Assembly (NCBI GenBank): GCA_016178585.1
Contig: JACOTA010000018.1
Span: 34,442-98,441, forward strand
Source of the DNA: Nitrospirota bacterium
GTDB taxonomy: Bacteria; Nitrospirota; Nitrospiria; JACQBW01
DNA length: 64,000 nucleotides
Direction of reading: 5' to 3'
In this document: one piece after another, positions 58,438 to 64,000 of the stretch
How the letters are laid out: every line of letters starts with the position of its first letter
Numbering within the stretch: position 1 is the stretch's first letter
The notes under the pieces: model-generated
The model's input: the letters and a program-made list of their open reading frames with translations, nothing else
The model's database searches: none
Told to the model about the DNA's origin: nothing
Position numbers and translations under genes: made by a program

Positions 58438-58789
58438 AATCATTTATCCCGTTTACATAAAGTTTACATGTGAATGACAGAAATGTATTTTTTCAGACTG
58501 CTTACGACTGCATTAAAGGTGACAACGATTAAAAATAATGACTTTTTACAATAAAAAAATGGAATGACTCATTCTTCTAAACGGTTTAATCATATGATTG
58601 GCAGTGAATTAAGGTTGAGGATCATCAAATTTTTTAATAAGCTATATTAAAATATGTGTGTTTATTCGTTTTCTGAAAAGGGAAAACCATGGTATACTTT
58701 AAAAAAAGTATGAAAAACCAACGGGCGCTTCTTTTACAAAAACTTTAAAGGTTTGTGAAACGCTAACTCTCCTGGAGCATTTTTAAAAA

Positions 58790-59620
58790 ATGTATGATTG
58801 CAGTACGATCCTTAATATTATGCATCCTTATCTGGATGGTGAACTACCTACAAAAGAAGCGATATTGATTCAGGAGCATCTCGACACCTGTTCCAGCTGC
58901 CGGATTAAATTTCAAAAAGAAAAAGAGCTGTTAACGTTCTATAAAAGCAATTTACCCAGGGAACAGGCGCCTCATGATCTGAAAGTACGTCTAAATGAAT
59001 TGATAAAAGATAAAAGCCCTGTCTCAACAGTTCAAAAAAAGTGGTTTAAGATTTTTTATCCGGCAACGATAGGCGTTACGGTCGTTTTGCTGGGTTTAAT
59101 TTTGTTTAATCTCAAGCCTTCTGAGGTCAAATTGTCTCACCTGGTTGAAGAAGCGCTGGAATATCATGTTTCGTATCAAAATAAACCCTTTAAGCTTCAA
59201 TTTGAGAACTCAAATCCAGAAAAATTGAGGCAACTGATTAAAAGCAGAGGGGGATTTGACATTCATCTCTCTGATCCGGAAGTTTCAAAGTTAAATTTGA
59301 TTGGAGCCAATCTTCAGATGATTGAGGGGATTCCTACCGTATTGATTTTTTATAAGGATTCTGAGGGAAAAATGATAACCCTGATGGTGTCTGACTACGA
59401 CTCTTTTGTTCCATTCAAAGGGAACCCGGAGGAAATTCAGAGTCTTAAATTTTACAATTTAAACTTTCAGGGAAATCATATTACCACCTGGCAGAATAAA
59501 CCCCGGAGTTATGTCTTGATTTCAGAATCAAGAAAAGATGTCGGAAACGGATGCCATATTTGTCATGGCGGAAATAAGGAGATGGAACCTAAGATACAAT
59601 CATTTATTGATCGTATTTAA
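58790..59620 (+). CDS. Putative zinc-finger (ZAS-type) anti-sigma factor-like membrane protein, orphan (no adjacent sigma factor)
   Basis: N-terminal H-x3-C-x2-C (HLDTCSSCR); TM IFYPATIGVTVVLLGLILF; about 170-aa periplasmic domain. Confidence 0.5.
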   Translation: MYDCSTILNIMHPYLDGELPTKEAILIQEHLDTCSSCRIKFQKEKELLTFYKSNLPREQAPHDLKVRLNELIKDKSPVSTVQKKWFKIFYPATIGVTVVLLGLILFNLKPSEVKLSHLVEEALEYHVSYQNKPFKLQFENSNPEKLRQLIKSRGGFDIHLSDPEVSKLNLIGANLQMIEGIPTVLIFYKDSEGKMITLMVSDYDSFVPFKGNPEEIQSLKFYNLNFQGNHITTWQNKPRSYVLISESRKDVGNGCHICHGGNKEMEPKIQSFIDRI

Positions 59621-59653
59621 CGCATTGATATTCCAACGATAAAGAATTTAGAG

Positions 59654-59692
59654 TAAAAAAACGCGGTTTTTGTTAAAACCGCGTTTTTTTTT
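59654..59692. terminator. Bidirectional rho-independent terminator (A8-CGCGGTTTT-TGTT-AAAACCGCG-T10)
   Basis: Perfect 9-bp stem flanked by A- and T-runs. Confidence 0.8.
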
Positions 59693-59753
59693 GGAATAAT
59701 TTCACTCATTTCATGGTTTAGATTAGGAGGTTCTCTATTTTTTCATGATATGA

Positions 59754-60797
59754 ATGAAACAGTTATTTTTGATCGGTTTTTTCTTCATCTTGTTTGGGTG
59801 GTTGTATCCCTCTGCCTCCCCTTCCCCCTCTTTTGCCCAAACCATCCCAACTCAGCCCCCTCAAGATCCGGCGCCTAAGCTCAAACACTCTCGCTGGGGA
59901 GTGGAGGTCTTCTCCGGCTTTTACCGGCCTCGCTTGAAGACTTTGAACACGGTCATTTCTAATCCCCGGCTGGGTATTCTTCAAGACCCTAATTTTCTCC
60001 TCCCCGGCAATGAGCAGTTTCAATCGAATAAAAAAAATATAGTGATGGATGATTTATCCGGCAATGTCGAGTTTGGGGTTGAACTCAACTATGATCTTTC
60101 TCAAAAATCGGCATTATTTCTTTCCACCAGTTTATGGCATGGCCAGACCATTAATGGAGATATTATTCCGATCCCTATTTTTGCCAGACCCACCCCTGCG
60201 CATTTTGTTTCCTGTGTTTCCGTTCCGGTGGAATTTGATTACCGGTGTGCCTCCCGGAGCGCCCGGTATAACCTGGTTTTAGAACAGTTCTGGGCAGGCT
60301 GGCGCTATCTTCTCTATGAGGATTCAAGGCAAAGCCGGATTTATGCCGACCTCGGACTTTTTGGAATCTCCCTGGCTTTTTTAACCATGGACAGCAGTGT
60401 TAGGCTCGTCAGTGACAACCTCAATTTCGCGTCAGTGAGCTCGACGGAGGCGATGGGCTGGGGATATAGCAGCCGGGTGGGGGTTAAGGGAGAATATTTT
60501 TTATCCAAAAATTTTTCTTTCGGGGGTGGAATCCGTTATATTGTGGGAGATATTAAAAATTTAGCCGTTACCCGCTATTTTCCAGCTGGATTTCAGGAGT
60601 TTCTTTCTCCACAGGCCGGAGTTCCTAATGCCAACACGGCCCAATTTCCTCCTCCGCCTCCCAAAATCGGTGACGATATTATTTTCGGACAGGTCACCAC
60701 CACCTCCACGAATAATGATGTGACATCAAATATTGAAAAACTGGCCATTGAGGTCGATGGTTTTAGTCTGGATCTGTTTTTTAAAATCTACTTTTAG
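59754..60797 (+). CDS. Probable outer-membrane beta-barrel protein (347 aa)
   Basis: Signal peptide; Pro-rich linker; alternating amphipathic beta pattern; C-terminal ...FFKIYF. Confidence 0.5.
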   Translation: MKQLFLIGFFFILFGWLYPSASPSPSFAQTIPTQPPQDPAPKLKHSRWGVEVFSGFYRPRLKTLNTVISNPRLGILQDPNFLLPGNEQFQSNKKNIVMDDLSGNVEFGVELNYDLSQKSALFLSTSLWHGQTINGDIIPIPIFARPTPAHFVSCVSVPVEFDYRCASRSARYNLVLEQFWAGWRYLLYEDSRQSRIYADLGLFGISLAFLTMDSSVRLVSDNLNFASVSSTEAMGWGYSSRVGVKGEYFLSKNFSFGGGIRYIVGDIKNLAVTRYFPAGFQEFLSPQAGVPNANTAQFPPPPPKIGDDIIFGQVTTTSTNNDVTSNIEKLAIEVDGFSLDLFFKIYF

Positions 60798-60995
60798 GAA
60801 ATGAGGATCAGGTTTTGCCTGTCCGAGCTTGGGGTATGGGGGCATCTGGAGGCTCCGAGCTAGCTTTGGGAGCGATTCCCCAGCGTACATAAGGTTTTAA
60901 TCATTTCTCCGCACGGGTCCCCATTAAAATTAGGGAATAAATATCATCTTCCGGAGGTTTAATATGAAAGTCCTATAAAAGGGATGTAAACAAAG

Positions 60996-61676
60996 ATGAA
61001 TTCATTTAAATATTTAATAGTATTAACTTTTTCTATCGTGTTGGCTCTTTTTTCTCCCCATTGGGTGAAAGCGGGTGAAACTTTAACCTTTCATAACACC
61101 AATTTTAAAACAACCAACGATGCCGGTTTCAGGGGATTTTCACTTCCCGAAACCCCCGGGCCAATTCCCTTTCCAAACACTTCCATTCCCTGCTGTCTCC
61201 AAAATAGCACCCAATTCGGTTTTGGCGCTCCCGGTGGAAGCAGTTCAAGAGTCATTAACCAAAATTGTGATCAACTCCTGTTTGAGGCCACCAACCGGTG
61301 TGTTCCGTCGGTCTCCAGTCAAGTTTCTCAGGACGGTGTGGTTCTTCAATCGACTGCGCATGGACTGTTATCGCGGCTGCAGCTGGATGCGCCCGGTTGT
61401 AACGGCTTGGGAACGGGGTTCCGGTGCAATCAAATCGAAACTCAGTTGACCCAGACCGTTCCGGAAAACAGCCAGTCTTTTTCGTTAAAGTTTAGCGTGA
61501 TCTCATTAACCGATCCTAATGGAAATTTAACGGGGAGCGCAAAGGGAACTTTTGAACAAACGATTAATGATCCGCAAGCCACTGGCGGATTAACAAGATC
61601 CTGCCAGGGAGCCTTTACGTATGATTCTGTTAACGGATATGCGTTGACGGCGGGGCCATCAGCCGGCTGTCCCTAA
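60996..61676 (+). CDS. Secreted Cys-rich protein (226 aa), unknown function
   Basis: Signal peptide LTFSIVLALFSPHWVKA; 12 Cys. Confidence 0.5.
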   Translation: MNSFKYLIVLTFSIVLALFSPHWVKAGETLTFHNTNFKTTNDAGFRGFSLPETPGPIPFPNTSIPCCLQNSTQFGFGAPGGSSSRVINQNCDQLLFEATNRCVPSVSSQVSQDGVVLQSTAHGLLSRLQLDAPGCNGLGTGFRCNQIETQLTQTVPENSQSFSLKFSVISLTDPNGNLTGSAKGTFEQTINDPQATGGLTRSCQGAFTYDSVNGYALTAGPSAGCP

Positions 61677-61747
61677 CAGGCTGTTGAAAAAGCCTCATTT
61701 GCTTTGTTCTCGTCGCTCGGCAATCCTCACTAAAGAGGATAAAAGCA

Positions 61748-61785
61748 TAGCTTCGCTGCGGGACCGCTCGCGAGCAAGCTTTGTG
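61748..61785. repeat. Repeat family C copy
   Basis: AGCTTCGCTGCGGGACCGCTCGCGAGCAAGCTTTGTG. Confidence 0.75.
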
Positions 61786-61895
61786 TCTCCATGCGGCCTC
61801 GCGACCTACCTCCAAAAATTAAAATGGAGGAAGTCCCCGAAGGGGGCAACTAAAGCTTTTTGAACAGCCTTAATTAGCATGATCCGTTATTAAAG

Positions 61896-61928
61896 GTTTC
61901 AAAAAAAGGGAGACACCTTTTTTTGAAA
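61896..61928. terminator. Perfect 13-bp hairpin TTTCAAAAAAAGG-GAGACA-CCTTTTTTTGAAA (bidirectional terminator-like)
   Basis: Seen directly. Confidence 0.6.
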
Positions 61929-61960
61929 AATAAAAAGAGGAAGGGGGTGAAAAAATAAAA

Positions 61961-63433
61961 ATGAATAAAACGAAACAATCATTAATAACAGCAGCAGTAA
62001 CAACAATAAAGAAAGGAAAAAAAACTATGAAAATCACAAAAATGAGCCTTTTCACGCTCATCTGCGTGGTTTGTCTCACTTCAGGGCTAGCCTTTGCTGT
62101 TGACGTTAATAATGTCAACAACACGGCAAGCGCGGGGCTTCAGGGAGATACTTTTGTTCCCGGGCTTCTGAATCCTGCAAATGGTCGTTGCAATGGGACT
62201 GATTGCGCCGGTCAGGCAAATCTCGCGTTGAATGGGTGGAGAACGGGAGGATATTTCGAGCCCAGAAATGGGACCGAATTCATGCCGCCAACGGGCGACC
62301 ATCATCGCACGGGATACAGGATGATGTCGACCCTGTCGTTTGGCGCGGGACTCTGGCTAACCGGGTTTGCTCCCCTGCTTCAAGAGGGGCAGTTTACTCC
62401 CGATCTGGGGACGCCGGGTGCGTCGGAAAACGCGATTTCCATGGCGGTTTTTCTCGATCATCCCACGGCCCCCATTACGGCGGGTAAATTTCCACGGTAT
62501 ATTCCTCACGAAAGACAACGGACACCCGATGTCCTAGTGGCGAGAAATATAGCCTCCGGAACGTTGACCCAGGACTTCACCTCACAGGCCACCTTCGGTC
62601 GGGCCACAACATCGTGGACGTCCTTCACGGACCAAAACGCTGCCGACTGCGCTGGCGGACTCTGTAGCTGGACCTGGACGCCAGGTGGAAACCTGACGAT
62701 GACAGACAGTGCCGGAACACACGTCATTGGTCCCGCCACATTGGCCAATGCGCCGTTTCTCGTCGACGATCGGCTTTCTCAACAAGAGCTTTCCAGCAAC
62801 CAAAGTTTGAAAATAAACTTTACGGGTGGAAGCGGACCGAATGTTGAGGAAGAGACCTACGCGGATCCAGGCGAGTTTATTCAGTGTACGGCTACGTCTC
62901 CTTGCGGATCGAGCAATGCGCTTGATACCTATGGGAATGTCGTCATTGATCCAGCGACAGGCCTGCCCAGAAGGGTTCCGACCTATGCTCTGAATCGGAA
63001 CCTCGCCGGTCCTTCCGGAATTGCAGGTGCCTCGGATTCCCCCGCTCTAAACCCGGCAACCCGGGCTGGAGCAGATGGAGTCCTCGGGCATATCGTCAGA
63101 GGAAGTGATCCTTGCGTAGCGGCTGGAACCTGTAAGCCGGGGGATATCGTTCCCGGGGCGGACGACGTCGGCATTATCACCTGCACCGACGCGGCGCCCT
63201 GTAACGGAGGTCAATTCAAGACCCTCAGAGAGACCAACAATCCGCAGAACGAGACATTTTTGCGCATTCCGATTCTTCATAGTTTCGGAAACGCGAAGGT
63301 GATCAACCAGCTTGTTCAGCAGAATGAAGGAGGTTATCTCTATTCGTGCCTGGGTTGTGGTGTTCCTCCAGCGACACCGCATCCGCTTCCTCCGCTTTAT
63401 TATTCGGGTGGGTTAACAACACCCCTTCAATAA
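61961..63433 (+). CDS. Secreted Cys-containing protein (490 aa), unknown function
   Basis: RBS GGAAGGGGGTGAAAAAATAAAAATG nearly identical to that of the 14801 gene; signal peptide MKITKMSLFTLICVVCLTSGLAFA (alternative start 62027). Confidence 0.6.
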   Translation: MNKTKQSLITAAVTTIKKGKKTMKITKMSLFTLICVVCLTSGLAFAVDVNNVNNTASAGLQGDTFVPGLLNPANGRCNGTDCAGQANLALNGWRTGGYFEPRNGTEFMPPTGDHHRTGYRMMSTLSFGAGLWLTGFAPLLQEGQFTPDLGTPGASENAISMAVFLDHPTAPITAGKFPRYIPHERQRTPDVLVARNIASGTLTQDFTSQATFGRATTSWTSFTDQNAADCAGGLCSWTWTPGGNLTMTDSAGTHVIGPATLANAPFLVDDRLSQQELSSNQSLKINFTGGSGPNVEEETYADPGEFIQCTATSPCGSSNALDTYGNVVIDPATGLPRRVPTYALNRNLAGPSGIAGASDSPALNPATRAGADGVLGHIVRGSDPCVAAGTCKPGDIVPGADDVGIITCTDAAPCNGGQFKTLRETNNPQNETFLRIPILHSFGNAKVINQLVQQNEGGYLYSCLGCGVPPATPHPLPPLYYSGGLTTPLQ

Positions 63434-63712
63434 TTTAGCGGGAAGTCTGTGAGACCACCAGGATGAGGGGGATACATTCTTTCTCCGCCGGGTTCTGGAA
63501 TCTCAGGATGGCAGGTCGTGATGTCATTTGGAGAAGGCCCAGAGGGTCTGAGGCCTTCTCCATTTTTTTAAAAAAAAGGATAAAGGTAGACAAAAATTGT
63601 GAGCGTGAGCAGAACTCTAATTGAAGGATTTCTCATTTTATTCATTGGGTTAAGCGTGATCAATGCGCACAGGGTTTTAGGAGAAAGCTTGAATCAGTCT
63701 GATCTTCAAATC

Positions 63713-64000
63713 ATGAAAAGTTTATACCAGACAGCGGCTGAAGCCTTTCGGAAAGGGAATCTCGAAGAGAGCGAGAAAAATATTTTGTCTCTTTTAAAGA
63801 TCAACCCCAAACAGCCCTCCGGATTGTATTTATATGGGTTGATTTTAATGCAAAAGAAAGAGCGTCGCCAGGCTTTGGAAACGTTTAAAGAAATTATTGA
63901 GGTGGAGCCCTTGTTTTTCCTGGCCTATTATCAGGCCGGTCAGATTTATGAAGAGCAGGGGGAAATCGAGAAAGCGGTGAATATTTACAACACCGGTCTA
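63713..64000 (+). CDS. Partial (3' end off-window) TPR-repeat protein; possible upstream GTG start at 63599 adding a signal/TM segment
   Basis: TPR-like helices AAEAFRKGNLEESEKNILSLLKINPKQPSGLYLYGLILMQKKERRQALETFKEIIEVEP...AYYQAGQIYEEQGEIEKAVNIY. Confidence 0.5.
   Translation, partial: MKSLYQTAAEAFRKGNLEESEKNILSLLKINPKQPSGLYLYGLILMQKKERRQALETFKEIIEVEPLFFLAYYQAGQIYEEQGEIEKAVNIYNTGL

Noticed and set aside
58441-58600. Periodic AATGAC-containing motifs and a GTTTACAT direct repeat as possible regulator binding sites
   Set aside because: They are too short and degenerate to support without comparative data, so I note them only as a feature of the 600-bp non-coding region.

Overview
This is a 64-kb bacterial chromosomal window of about 48-50% GC, with no rRNA or tRNA genes and no CRISPR array. 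I cannot identify the organism from sequence alone. Most of it is housekeeping: a complete trpEGDCFBA operon, ppc, the thi4/thiC pair with a TPP riboswitch, the queF-coaX-birA-nadC-valS cluster, pepP, purE/tsaC/prmA and a CPx heavy-metal P-type ATPase. The striking feature is the density of small non-autonomous repeats. One is a MITE-like family (~90-140 bp, ~17-bp terminal inverted repeats CCCAAGAACAGCGATAG, long internal hairpin TGTCATTGCGAG...GAAGCAATCT / AGATTGCTTC...CTCGCAATGACA) present at about 14 loci. A second is a REP family (GTAGGGGCAGGTCCCCGTGCCTGCCCT) present about 11 times and tightly clustered around a RAYT (REP-associated tyrosine transposase) gene that itself carries an in-frame internal REP. 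Two further short repeat families are also present. Other mobile or selfish elements are a compact group II intron with an internally deleted maturase next to a second, 320-aa IS200/Y1-like transposase gene. Signalling and envelope content includes a sensor kinase with an NtrC-type sigma54 activator sitting immediately upstream of a textbook sigma54 promoter that drives a tiny lysine-tailed secreted protein. Downstream of that is a coiled-coil lipoprotein, an orphan TadB/TadC pair and a Ser/Thr kinase. There is also an FHA-STK(TPR)-FHA triad, two very large FG-GAP/VCBS secreted proteins (one with an N-terminal cupredoxin-like domain and four CARDB-like repeats), an orphan ZAS-type anti-sigma factor and several Cys-rich secreted proteins.
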